Part shown: piece by piece, positions 48,662 through 59,000 of the stretch
Layout of the letters: each line of letters begins with the position of its first letter
Position numbering within the stretch: the stretch's first letter is position 1
NCBI GenBank assembly: GCA_964342815.1
Contig: CAYFHS010000001.1
Coordinates: 279,107-343,106, forward strand
Direction: 5' to 3'
Length of the DNA stretch: 64,000 nucleotides
From: an uncultured archaeon
GTDB taxonomy: Archaea > Thermoplasmatota > Penumbrarchaeia > JASLWR01
Notes under the pieces: generated by a model
Seen by the model: only the letters and a program-made list of their open reading frames with translations
What the model was told of the DNA's origin: nothing
The model's database searches: none
Position numbers and translations under genes: made by a program

Positions 48662-51600
48662 CTAGAGATACAATTTGTCTGCCAGATTTCCTCCATCGTC
48701 ATTATCGCCGTCCTGCTGTGACTTGGAATTTCCGTCATCATCGATCTGTGGGTGCTCCAATCGATTCTCGTGATCTTTCTCCCATTTATACGCTTCGTAG
48801 ACCGATGCTATGTCGGCGACATTGGCCGCTCCTGCTCCGTCATCGGGACCTATGTACACGCCGTTGGTGGGAGTGTGTCCGGCAAACGCACTTAATAGAT
48901 AGAAGTCGAACTCGCAGTTCTCGTACTGGACCTCGTCGCCGTCGCCCGATGCCAGATATGAAAGCTCATTATACCTACAGGCAGTGGCGATCACGGTCTT
49001 CGAACTGCTCAGATCGTTAATAAAACCCCCGGCGTATGTCTGCTGAAGAAAAAATGTACGGTATTTGTAATTCGTAATCTTCCCCACATACGAATTTCCC
49101 GCGAACACATCGTCTTGCAGCTCAAAGTGTCCTCCATTGCCGTCATTCATCCGTATAAAACTGTGGTTCGTCACTGCGTTCCGGCTGCCGTGGTCGATGA
49201 CGGATACGAGAAGGAAATCGTCCGGAAGGACCACGTTTGAAAGATTTGTACATTCGGTCTGCAGCTCAGCGGGCGTCGCCGGACCGTCGGTATACGTTAC
49301 TCCAGCAGGAGTCGCGTAACCGCCGGTCTTCACGTCAGTCCCGGTGGAGTGAAGCAGGTGTATGTCGCGGTCGAGATAGCCGTATGACTTCAGTGCGTCG
49401 TACATGAATTTCGCATCGTTCCAGAATGCGTCTTCCTGGCCCAGGTCCAAGGGATTAGGGACTACCAGCAAAGCATGTCTCCCGTTATTCTCCACCGGGT
49501 CGTATTGGTCCGAGTAACCCGACCTCATGATCTCGTAGCCGTCGCTCATCCCGTCCCCGTCAGTATCCTCGTGGAATGTCCGGGGGTAACAAGATATTCG
49601 AACCTCGTCTATTCGCCCTTCGAAGTATTGGCTATCCCCGTAATATTTCGAACCTATATACATACCCATATCCGAACCGTACCCGATATCGTCCGCGAAA
49701 GTGGTGGCTGCCTCGCACACGCCGTTTATATATACCCTGACATCACTTCCATCGGATACCCCGGCAACGTGCCACCATTTATTTTCACTTACCGTGGCAA
49801 TAGTTAGGGCCGAGAACGAGTTTTCACCGTCGTCGTACACGAGGAACTGTATCGCTCCCGTTTCTCTCAACCTGAGGGCGTAACCCCCCTTGGTCTTGCC
49901 TTGTTCACTTGCCCTGTAGGAATTATCGACGATACACGACAGCTGCAGGTCCGTGGGATATATCCATGCCTCCACGGTTATGGTGGGCGGATTCAGCTCG
50001 GAAGGAACTGACGAATCCATCTTCAATCTGTCGTTCGCTCCGTCGTAAATGTAGCACCCTCCGTACTTTCCGCCTGTGGAGCTGTAAGTAATGGAGCCGT
50101 AGGTATCATCCATATCGTTATCCAGTGGTGATCTGTCGTCCAGCCTGCTTGACTTTGTACCCCCCTCGAAGGGTAGGTCCAGAACGTCGCCCCCGTAGTC
50201 CCGGGTCCCGCCATAGGTCGCATCGTAATTCGATATTCGAACCTCGTCTATTGCCCCGTTGAAATTGTGAAATGTGCCCGAATAACCTCCGATATACAGA
50301 GTTTTTGCCGGGCTTCCGTCCGGAGCATAGGTATCTCCCTCGCCGTCGAGCAATCCGTTAATATAGATCTTCACGTGAATATTACTGGTGCGAACCACTG
50401 CAATATGGGTCCATACACCGGTTGAAAGGGCGGAATCGCTGTAAACGTCCGGAGCCCATGGGGTATTGCCGCTTTCGAATACTATCTTTCCGGCTGAAGC
50501 ACCTGTTCTTCTGGTGAATATCCAGAAATGCCCTTCCTGTGCCACGATGGTATCCACACTTCCGGTGCCAGTACCGGCTCCGTCGTATTTTACCCATGCT
50601 TCTATGGTGGTCTTTCCTTTCAGGTTCAACCTTGCATCGGCTGGTATGCTCACGTAATCATTGTTGCCGTCGAAATCCAAAGCTCTTCCGTATTTCCCGT
50701 CGGTCATTGTGGGGCCGGATATGGTTCCATCTTTCAGTTTCTGCGGTGACCGATCCCTCAATCTATTGCCGGAAACTTCGTTGAAATTCCAGAATCCCAC
50801 GGTATCCCCGATCTCCCTATCGGTATCCGATATACTAACTTCGTCCACGAATCCCCTGAAATTGTGCGTTGAGCCGCCCCATGCCCCAATATAGGTATTG
50901 GCAGCGCTGGAGGGGGATGATTCATCTATATCATTCTCGGCATCAAGGACCCCGTTTATGTACATTTTAACGTTTTCGTTATTATCGGTACTGGGAGTTC
51001 TGACAATGGAGAGATGTGTCCATTCGTTCCTTGCCAGTTCGCTATTGCTCACAAGAGATTCCCATGGGTCCCCCGCGGAAAAACAGATCTTGTTCATCAA
51101 GCCCCCTGTCCTTCTCACATTGAGCCAGAAATGCTCGGATTGAGCGATTATGGTGTCGTATGAACCGCCAGTACCCGGCCCTTTCCAGAATACCCAAAGG
51201 TCGATGGTCAGTTTTCCCCTGATATCCATGGAATTATCATCTGGGATACTTGCATAATCGTCGGAACCTTCAAAATAAAGCGATCGTCCGTAAAGTGAAT
51301 TGCCGGCCTGCCCGGCTCCTGAGATTGTCAGATCTAGACCGTTTCCCGAATCTTCGTTCCCCGGGCCGCTGGCATTGTCGAAACCGTAATATGCCAGTGT
51401 GTTGGCATCACCGAGAAATCCGATCCCACCCGCAGCCATGGCCTGTTCGTTGTACGACATATTTCCAGGTGATTCTCTTTTTAGATCGTCCTTCATTGCA
51501 ACTTTACCCGGGGCATGTCTCCCCTGGGTCTTGTTGTTGGATTTTTCCTTCTTTGCCCTAGTTGGATTACCTTCGAGAAATTTATAATCATTGTCATCGG

Positions 51601-51748
51601 AATTCACTTGAACTTCTATATCTAGTACCTGGGTAAATAGCATGAAGACCAAAAAAATTACCATTATGCCAAAGAATACGCCAATAAGCCCATTTTTATG
51701 GATTTTCCCCTTTATTTTCATTTTGTCGGTCATATGTATACCATCCAT
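48662..51748 (-). CDS. Secreted or N-anchored protein (1028 aa): three LamG domains plus a caspase/legumain-fold (C13/C14-like) domain with Cys replaced by Thr
   Basis: Three F.G..DEV.IS LamG ends; ALLV...FWNDA..MY.AL...G, VIDHG and FLQQTYAGGF, where homologs have a His-Gly dyad motif and Q/E-x-C-Y-S-G-G-F. Confidence 0.75.
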   Translation of the reverse strand: MDGIHMTDKMKIKGKIHKNGLIGVFFGIMVIFLVFMLFTQVLDIEVQVNSDDNDYKFLEGNPTRAKKEKSNNKTQGRHAPGKVAMKDDLKRESPGNMSYNEQAMAAGGIGFLGDANTLAYYGFDNASGPGNEDSGNGLDLTISGAGQAGNSLYGRSLYFEGSDDYASIPDDNSMDIRGKLTIDLWVFWKGPGTGGSYDTIIAQSEHFWLNVRRTGGLMNKICFSAGDPWESLVSNSELARNEWTHLSIVRTPSTDNNENVKMYINGVLDAENDIDESSPSSAANTYIGAWGGSTHNFRGFVDEVSISDTDREIGDTVGFWNFNEVSGNRLRDRSPQKLKDGTISGPTMTDGKYGRALDFDGNNDYVSIPADARLNLKGKTTIEAWVKYDGAGTGTGSVDTIVAQEGHFWIFTRRTGASAGKIVFESGNTPWAPDVYSDSALSTGVWTHIAVVRTSNIHVKIYINGLLDGEGDTYAPDGSPAKTLYIGGYSGTFHNFNGAIDEVRISNYDATYGGTRDYGGDVLDLPFEGGTKSSRLDDRSPLDNDMDDTYGSITYSSTGGKYGGCYIYDGANDRLKMDSSVPSELNPPTITVEAWIYPTDLQLSCIVDNSYRASEQGKTKGGYALRLRETGAIQFLVYDDGENSFSALTIATVSENKWWHVAGVSDGSDVRVYINGVCEAATTFADDIGYGSDMGMYIGSKYYGDSQYFEGRIDEVRISCYPRTFHEDTDGDGMSDGYEIMRSGYSDQYDPVENNGRHALLVVPNPLDLGQEDAFWNDAKFMYDALKSYGYLDRDIHLLHSTGTDVKTGGYATPAGVTYTDGPATPAELQTECTNLSNVVLPDDFLLVSVIDHGSRNAVTNHSFIRMNDGNGGHFELQDDVFAGNSYVGKITNYKYRTFFLQQTYAGGFINDLSSSKTVIATACRYNELSYLASGDGDEVQYENCEFDFYLLSAFAGHTPTNGVYIGPDDGAGAANVADIASVYEAYKWEKDHENRLEHPQIDDDGNSKSQQDGDNDDGGNLADKLYL

Positions 51749-51788
51749 TTTTTTTATCTGATAATGTATGGTTCAGCTTATTAAATAT

Positions 51789-51811
51789 TGAGGCACAGTC
51801 TTCGACACCTT
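51789..51811. promoter_or_regulatory. 23-bp sequence TGAGGCACAGTCTTCGACACCTT, copy 1
   Basis: Identical to 52529-52551; abuts TTTATAAA upstream of the 1028-aa gene. Confidence 0.6.
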
Positions 51812-51939
51812 TTATAAACTACTTTTATTAAAAAAACCGATACGGTTTTTACAATTTTCCAGGGTACTTTCCCCCGTTCCAGATCTACTTTCCATCAATT
51901 TTCTCTATTCCACCTCTCTGAACGGTTATTACATAAAAT

Positions 51940-52457
51940 TTAGGCTCCAAGATTTACACCGTCCAGGATCATCTCGATGTCCGTTAATTGTCTATCGTTG
52001 AACCATTTGGGATTGATCGATACCAGAAATTTCGCATTCTTGTTATTGAAGAGTTCTTTTAAATCACTCAGTAGAGTAATTGAACTATCGAAACCGTTCA
52101 CAAACATTATCTGGTCGAAGCAGTCCAGGAGAACTACTGCTTTTCTCGAGGATTTGGCGAATTTATTTGCCGCCCTCCGGATCTGAGATAACTTTTTCAG
52201 ATTGATAGTCCCGTAGGTCCCCTTGCATGTCAACCGATAGAACATTCCTTTTCGAATGTTGTACCTGTTTCTAATTCTGTCCAGGTGCAGTTTGGATATG
52301 ATCAGGCAGTCAAAACCGCTAGTTGATGCCTCTTTTAACGTTTTATATGCCTTGAACGGCTTTTCCTCTTTTAGAAGGTACGAATGTCCGTAGCACGGTT
52401 TTTTTTTGTTATGTGATGAAAAAATGCCTTTTTATTTTTACTAATATTCATGTTCAT
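51940..52457 (-). pseudogene. DUF835-family protein, frameshifted at an A9 run
   Basis: The tracked ORF (51940-52245) extends upstream in frame as KPCYGHSYLLKEEKPFKAY...CLIISK, typical of the DUF835 N-part, but has no start codon. The ATG at 52457/52451 joins it by a -1 shift in the plus-strand T9 run (52409-52417). Confidence 0.7.
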
Positions 52458-52528
52458 AATCATCCCTGCAGCTGTTTATCGGAAGACTTAGGCAATTAGG
52501 TGTATGCTCGTCATGTATATTTTATAAA

Positions 52529-52551
52529 TGAGGCACAGTCTTCGACACCTT
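52529..52551. promoter_or_regulatory. 23-bp sequence TGAGGCACAGTCTTCGACACCTT, copy 2
   Basis: Identical to 51789-51811 and adjacent to TTTATAAA (52521-52528); a 13-bp partial copy ATATTGAGGCACA lies at 52645-52657. Confidence 0.6.
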
Positions 52552-52753
52552 GTCCCTTGTCAATAATAAATCATAGGAACCGAGCAGAAAAAAAATAAAT
52601 AATTTTCCAAAGAAAAATCCATAGAAGACCATAGCCGAATAAGGATATTGAGGCACAAATTCTATCAAAAAAATCGGGACGATAAGCAACAATTCGATTA
52701 GCTGGACGGATATCAAAGCTTAATGCTAGTATTTGCTAGATATTAAGCTAGGT

Positions 52754-55700
52754 CTAATTGTTCCACTCATTATCCCACGGTGAAGCGGATTCTCCCTGCT
52801 CCGATGAGAGTGGAACGTTAGGGACGCTCTCTTCAGGTTCAATGGATTCATCCAGTTCATGGGGTTCAACGTTTTCCTTTTTCTTTCGAGCAAATAAAAG
52901 GACAGCCACCACCACTACTGCAATTACGACGATAATCCCTGCTATTATAATCCCTAATGCGGCTTCACCCATCCTGGAATCCGTTTCTCCCTTTTCAGGA
53001 ATCAAATCGTCCGACGGAGTGATCTTGACCACCATATGATCCTCTGCCCAGTTCCCCACATCATCGGTGATATTGAGTGTAATATTATAGGTACCTGTTT
53101 CCACAAAGGTAAAGGAAACCTCGCGCCCCTTCAGTTTTACGAGCTGTCCATCATATTCGAACGACCACGTGAAATTGGCAATGTTAATGTTATCGCTGCT
53201 CAAAGAGCCGTCGAAGCTGACAATTTCTCCTGCCTTTCCGGTAATATCCCCCCCAGCATCAGCTTCCGGTCTCGTGAGGTCAGTTACCGTTATCAGGATC
53301 GTATCCGTATCATTATTCCCCGCTGGATCCTTCACCGTGAGGCTCACCTCATAAGTACCTATGGTGGAGAAAGTGTAACTCGCCGAAGATGTCTCCACGG
53401 TTTTCAACACCCCGTCATGACCTACAAAAATAAAGCTCCATTGATAATCGACGATACCCATGTTGTCGCTACTGCCACTCCCGTTGAAAAGTACAGTTTC
53501 GGACACTCCCACCACCCGATCACCACCAGCATCCGCCACAGGTTCTTCTATATCGTTCACTGTGACAGTCAATTCATCGGTAGCCAGATTGCCCATGGCA
53601 TCCTTAACCGTCAGGTTGATAGTGTAAAAACCGGCATTATCGAAGGTATATTCCGGTGAACTACCGTATAAAAATATTGGATCACCGTCCAAAAAGCTCC
53701 ATGTAAGGTTCGTCACCAGAATGTTATCGGTGCAGCCACTCCCGTTGAAAACAACTTTACTGTGTTGGTCGACCAACACATCATCCCCGGCATCGGCAAA
53801 AGGTTTAGTGATGTCGAGCACAGTGACAGTCATACCGTCAATAGCCCAATTACCATAGGTGTCTGTTACGTTCAATGTTACGGGATAGATACCTGCAATA
53901 GCGAATTCGAAGCTGGGAGCAGGACCCGATAGATTGATCAGGGAATCGTCGTAGAAGAAACTCCAGTTATACCCCTCATTTGCCCTTATCCCGACGTTAT
54001 CGCTGCTTCCGCTCCCATTAAACTGCACTGTTTCGTGCTGGTCCACAATGATATCGGGGCCGGCGTCTGCAAAGGGTGGTATCGGGTCAGTAACCTCCAC
54101 GGAGAATTCCCTCCAGCCAGAGTTCCCGGCTTCGTCGGTCACCGTCAATATCACCCGGAACATCCCAGTGTGATAAAAGCTGTAACTGACATTTGCTCCG
54201 TAGATTTTAGCAATAAATCCTTCGGGATTACCTTGTAAAAAATCCTGGATTATCCAGGTATAATTGACTATGCTACCACCTTCCGGATCAAAGCTTGTAC
54301 TTCCATCCATGAATAATGCGGACCCAATATCCTTTGTAACGCTGCTGTTAGGAGTGGTTATTACAATGGGAGGGGTGATGTCCAGCACGTTAACATAGAT
54401 GAAATCCGAATCCGTAAAACCGCCAATGTCAGTGACAGTGAGGGTCAATGTATAATTTCCCGGTATCTCGAAACTGTGCTCTGGCATCATCCCGTAGAAT
54501 GAACGCGGGCCGTCGGTTGAATCGTATTCCCAGGTGAAGTTAGCTATTGCCCGATCGTCGAAGCTTCCGGAAGCATTGAATCTATATAGTGTATCCTCAG
54601 GGATGGACAATGATGAACCGGCGTCTGCCGTGGGTCCGTCATTATCGGATTCCACTATCGTTAAGGTCCGGCTCATAATCTTGTTGTTCGGGTTCAGGTC
54701 CATGTAAGCGCACACACCAAATGAACCATTGTCTGCAGTAGTATTTGTGGGGTCCCAGCTTGACGGCGAGATAATATCCACAGCATAATCTCCGGTCCCA
54801 TCCGTCTTTCCGTACCACATTTCCCCGGTTAACGGAATAGTTACGATGATATCCTCGTTTGGATCGTTGGGAAAACTGCCGGAAACCCGTGTTGGGCTAC
54901 CTGCCAGATTTGTAGAAGGCAGTAGCTCGATACTGTTCTCATCCTGGGCGATATTGTAATTGCGCAGCTCCCGTCGGTCCTGCATGGTACCGGTGCTGGA
55001 TAATTTAATATCGAGATGATTTTCCCTTATTATATTTTTTACAACCGGGGAGTACCATAGGGCACTGCGCTCGTTATTGATATAAGAGCTTCCGTCCAGG
55101 TGGTAGGTGTTGAAAACCCCGGCGATTACGGTATCCTGCACGTTCGAAGTTCCGTTGACGGTGAAATTGTACTGGGAAATACTGTCGTAGTGTTGGGAGT
55201 AATCGGCCATATCCGCAACGTTCACGTCGGCAATGCGCCGGCGGGTAGTGTTATACCAGAATGAATCACCGTTCTTTGCCGGAAAGTCGATATCCTCAAC
55301 AGGGACTATATCCCATGATATGAACTTGATCGTGGTTATTGGAGCCAACCAGACACCAGGAAATACTTCGTAATGGATGTGCCCCTGCAAGACCATCTTG
55401 TCGTGGAGGACCGAGAGATCGCTGGCACGAACTACCCTGTAACCGGATACGCTTCCTTTTTGATTTGCGTTTGGCGGGCCGCTGTTCTGTCCGTCGAAAT
55501 GAAAAACTGTCCCGTCCACGGAAAATTTTCCATGCACGGTTCCCGATAATGTCAGATTGTATGCTGGATACAAGGTTCCATTCTTGTCATAAAAATTGAT
55601 TTTCGATACAGTTAAGGTTGCATTACTCCACAAAGACAGGTAATCGGAATTGTCACTGAATGATATGTAGATGATACCGTAATAGGTCCAATCATCACCA

Positions 55701-55933
55701 ACCTGCCAGGATGGGACGTCGATCATGTTATCTCGTGGCGATCTGCCCGCTTTTCCCTCGGTACCTTCCTCAATTTTCAATCCACTGTCGACATTACAGC
55801 TCCTTGATTCTTTGCTGTAGCTGTACATCCCGTCACGGCTCAATCGGACGGCATGTGGAAAACCCGAGAACAGCAGAATAGTAACACTGATCAAAATGAT
55901 TATTTTCCTTTTCATATATATCATCACCCGCAC
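52754..55933 (-). CDS. PKD-repeat surface protein (1059 aa), paralog of 43283-46756
   Basis: VPSWQVGDDWTY and SFGVCAY shared with the 1157-aa protein; about six PKD repeats; TM ALGIIIAGIIVVIAVVVVAVLLFA. Confidence 0.88.
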   Translation of the reverse strand: MRVMIYMKRKIIILISVTILLFSGFPHAVRLSRDGMYSYSKESRSCNVDSGLKIEEGTEGKAGRSPRDNMIDVPSWQVGDDWTYYGIIYISFSDNSDYLSLWSNATLTVSKINFYDKNGTLYPAYNLTLSGTVHGKFSVDGTVFHFDGQNSGPPNANQKGSVSGYRVVRASDLSVLHDKMVLQGHIHYEVFPGVWLAPITTIKFISWDIVPVEDIDFPAKNGDSFWYNTTRRRIADVNVADMADYSQHYDSISQYNFTVNGTSNVQDTVIAGVFNTYHLDGSSYINNERSALWYSPVVKNIIRENHLDIKLSSTGTMQDRRELRNYNIAQDENSIELLPSTNLAGSPTRVSGSFPNDPNEDIIVTIPLTGEMWYGKTDGTGDYAVDIISPSSWDPTNTTADNGSFGVCAYMDLNPNNKIMSRTLTIVESDNDGPTADAGSSLSIPEDTLYRFNASGSFDDRAIANFTWEYDSTDGPRSFYGMMPEHSFEIPGNYTLTLTVTDIGGFTDSDFIYVNVLDITPPIVITTPNSSVTKDIGSALFMDGSTSFDPEGGSIVNYTWIIQDFLQGNPEGFIAKIYGANVSYSFYHTGMFRVILTVTDEAGNSGWREFSVEVTDPIPPFADAGPDIIVDQHETVQFNGSGSSDNVGIRANEGYNWSFFYDDSLINLSGPAPSFEFAIAGIYPVTLNVTDTYGNWAIDGMTVTVLDITKPFADAGDDVLVDQHSKVVFNGSGCTDNILVTNLTWSFLDGDPIFLYGSSPEYTFDNAGFYTINLTVKDAMGNLATDELTVTVNDIEEPVADAGGDRVVGVSETVLFNGSGSSDNMGIVDYQWSFIFVGHDGVLKTVETSSASYTFSTIGTYEVSLTVKDPAGNNDTDTILITVTDLTRPEADAGGDITGKAGEIVSFDGSLSSDNINIANFTWSFEYDGQLVKLKGREVSFTFVETGTYNITLNITDDVGNWAEDHMVVKITPSDDLIPEKGETDSRMGEAALGIIIAGIIVVIAVVVVAVLLFARKKKENVEPHELDESIEPEESVPNVPLSSEQGESASPWDNEWNN

Positions 55934-56062
55934 ATTGCCAATAGTTATTGCATCCCATATTGTTAATGGACATTAAATAAATTATTACTAGCAAAATCAC
56001 TCTCTGTGGATTGTTAATTCATCTATATTTCCGTTGAAACCCCATTCGATAGAGGGGGTAAT

Positions 56063-59000
56063 TCATGATAATGGAACGGGTGATGGGGCCGGTGGGGCTG
56101 TTGGCGGTCCCGTGGGGGTCACCAGAGGTGCGTCTTCTACAATAGGAGCTGTCGGTGGTCCCGTTGGATTCACCGGGGGTGCGTCTTCTATAATAGGAAC
56201 TGTCGGTGGTCCCGTGGGGGTCACAGGAGCTGTGTCCTCTACAACGGGAGCCGTCGGCGGTCCCATGGGATTCACCGGAGGTACGTCTTCCACAATAGGA
56301 GCTGTCGGCGGAGTTGTGGGTGGAAGCAGCGGATTCATTTCCGGGGCAGAGGAAGTATTTCCCGCTAATTCCTGTTTTACCATCGGTACCGGAACTGTAT
56401 TGGCGTTACTCGCCATTCCAGGGGTTTCCATTGCCTGAATGGACATCATCAGGTTCTGGAACTCATCCTCCGGCGGGGTTGCATCGGCAATATCCCCGGA
56501 TGCTGGTGAAACCGGGAGAACAGGTTCCAGGGTAGTGGGGAAATCCGGTCCGGGTATTTCCGGAATTCCGGGGGCGGTGATCTCTGTGATGGAACTTGCC
56601 TCGGGAAGTGCCAGTCGGTTCAGGTCGAGTACACCCTGGTCCGTTGGAAATGCCGGCAATACATAACTGGCCCCGTCCGGCGGCCCAAAGGTGGTCCCTG
56701 TCTGCACCGGCAATGCTGTGGGAACCGGTTGAGCAGGTGGTATATGGGACTGGTAACCCTGGTTTTGATAACCGTAGCCGGTCTGCTGTTGATATCCGAC
56801 ATAGGGTGAAACCACCACCTGCCCCATGGGTAGTGTTGAGGTTTGGACAGGATATACCATGCTGTTTTGAGTGCTCAGCTGACCGTAATTGTCGTATTGA
56901 CCCGGACCACCCATAGTACCCGGCGTCTGCATACCCATTTGACCGCCTTGCCATTTTCTCTCCTTTTCGGCCGCGGCGGATTGAGCTTCCTTTTTTTTCT
57001 TCCTTTTCCTTCCGACTAACACAATGACCATGATGATAATTAATAGTACAAGAGCGGAAATACCTAGCAGTATCAACCAGTATTTCGCAAAAAGACCTTC
57101 CTCGGGTACTTTTTGTTTTTTCTGCTTGATCAGTTCTTGTTGGTACGTCTCCAGGTACTCGTCCGTTGCGTCGTTGGGGTTCTCGGGGTCCAGACCATTG
57201 ATCTTTTCCCACCAATCGGGAAGTGTATCTCCATCGCTGTCTGTCATATCCTCCCATCTCTCCTCCACCTCTTCCTTGCTGGGTTTCGCCACTATTTCGA
57301 TCCTAACACTGGTACTTTCATTGAATCCCAGTCCGTCGTCCACGTAAAGAAGAATGGTATAATCGCCCGATATGTCGAGAACAGTGGTAACAACTCTATC
57401 ACTCCCCCGGAATACAATATTTTTAGTCGTTTTCTCCTTTATTTGCCAATGAAAAGCCAGATCATCATTGTCAATATCGGTACTCCTATTGGCGCTCATA
57501 GTTATAAATGAACCTTCCTCGAAGATTGCGTCATTTCTAGGTTTATGGATAACCGGGTGCGGCGGCGAGTTGATATGTATGCGGTACCCTTCGGAAACCG
57601 TAAACCCGTTGCCCACGGCATCCTTGGCGCGCCACCTGATATGGTTATCCCGGCCAGCCTCGAACCGGATGTCGAGAAGCATGTCCATACTTTCCAGTAT
57701 CATATTATTGCCGACCGAGGTCCAGTTCCGATAAAATTCCTCTTTATCTCCCCAACTCGAAATACAATATTCCACAGTATTTCCATCCACTCCGCTTCCT
57801 CCGGGATCCGTCAAGGTTATTCCGCAGAGAACCATGTTTTCCAGAAATATTTCCTGCCCATCCGGGACCGGACTGCTGAATAGCACCGGGGTCATATCTA
57901 TTTTAACATTGAGGTTCTTGCTGGCGGTCGGCCCGTTCCCGGCCAGATCGCCGATCCTCCACCTATAGCTGTTCTCACTTCCATCGAAAAAATCTATTTT
58001 TACCTCCGCCCGAACCTTTACGGGATTATCCTGTATTCCCCTCTCCAGAAACTCATAATCCAATTTGTCCGCGGTCCAGGCAGAAAATGAGTTTTCACCG
58101 TTTTTCCGGTATGAGTACATAATACTATCAAGATCCAGGCCGAAACTGTCGGGATCCTCGAAGATGGCATATACATCCACCGAGGTCTGATTGAACCATT
58201 GGCCCCCGTCAGGGCCGATTTCGGAAATAATCGGAACTGACGTATCGATATTGATCCGGAAGTGGGTCGCATTGCTCCACTGGTCGTATATGTCGCAGCA
58301 GCTTATGTGGAAATACCATGTTCCATCAGCCAGACCGGAAAATTCACCCGGAAAGGTTCCCGTTAAATGGCTGTTCGGTGTATAAATTACCTTCGTGGGC
58401 TCCGAAATTGGAGAGCCATCCAGCATATATGAATAACCCTTTACTCCTGTTACTTCCCGGGGGGCTTCCCACTGGAAAACTGGAAGCGTGCTGTTGTAAT
58501 ACATCATTTCATCCGGGTGGGTGGGTGAGCTGATGGTGATGTCTCCCGGACCATCAAGATCGAAATATACCGTATCGTTGTAAAGCTCGGATACAATTCC
58601 TGCGTGGTCCCGGAACCTTACACTGATCTTTTTAAGGCCGTCGGTCTGGGTAAGAGCGATTCTTTTTTCCGTGGAGTAAGCTTCCCAGGGTCCAACGTTT
58701 CCGCGGTCTCCGATTATCTGCATGTCGGCCATACCGCTTCCGTTGTCCGTTGCATTTATGGCAAGGTCCACGAGATTTTCGTTAACCGTGGCTGCCCCCT
58801 CCTCAATTGTGATGTTACCCACGGGCTTTGTGACGTCTATCATTATTTTTTTCAGCCCGGAAAAGTTGCTGGCGGCGTGAAAGCTATCCTTAGTACGGAC
58901 CCGCCAGTAATATGTCCCATCGTCCAGTTTCATTCCTACCGTATGTTCGGGTTTAGTTGAATTCACCCAAGATGAGTTATAGATCAAATTCTCCATTTCC

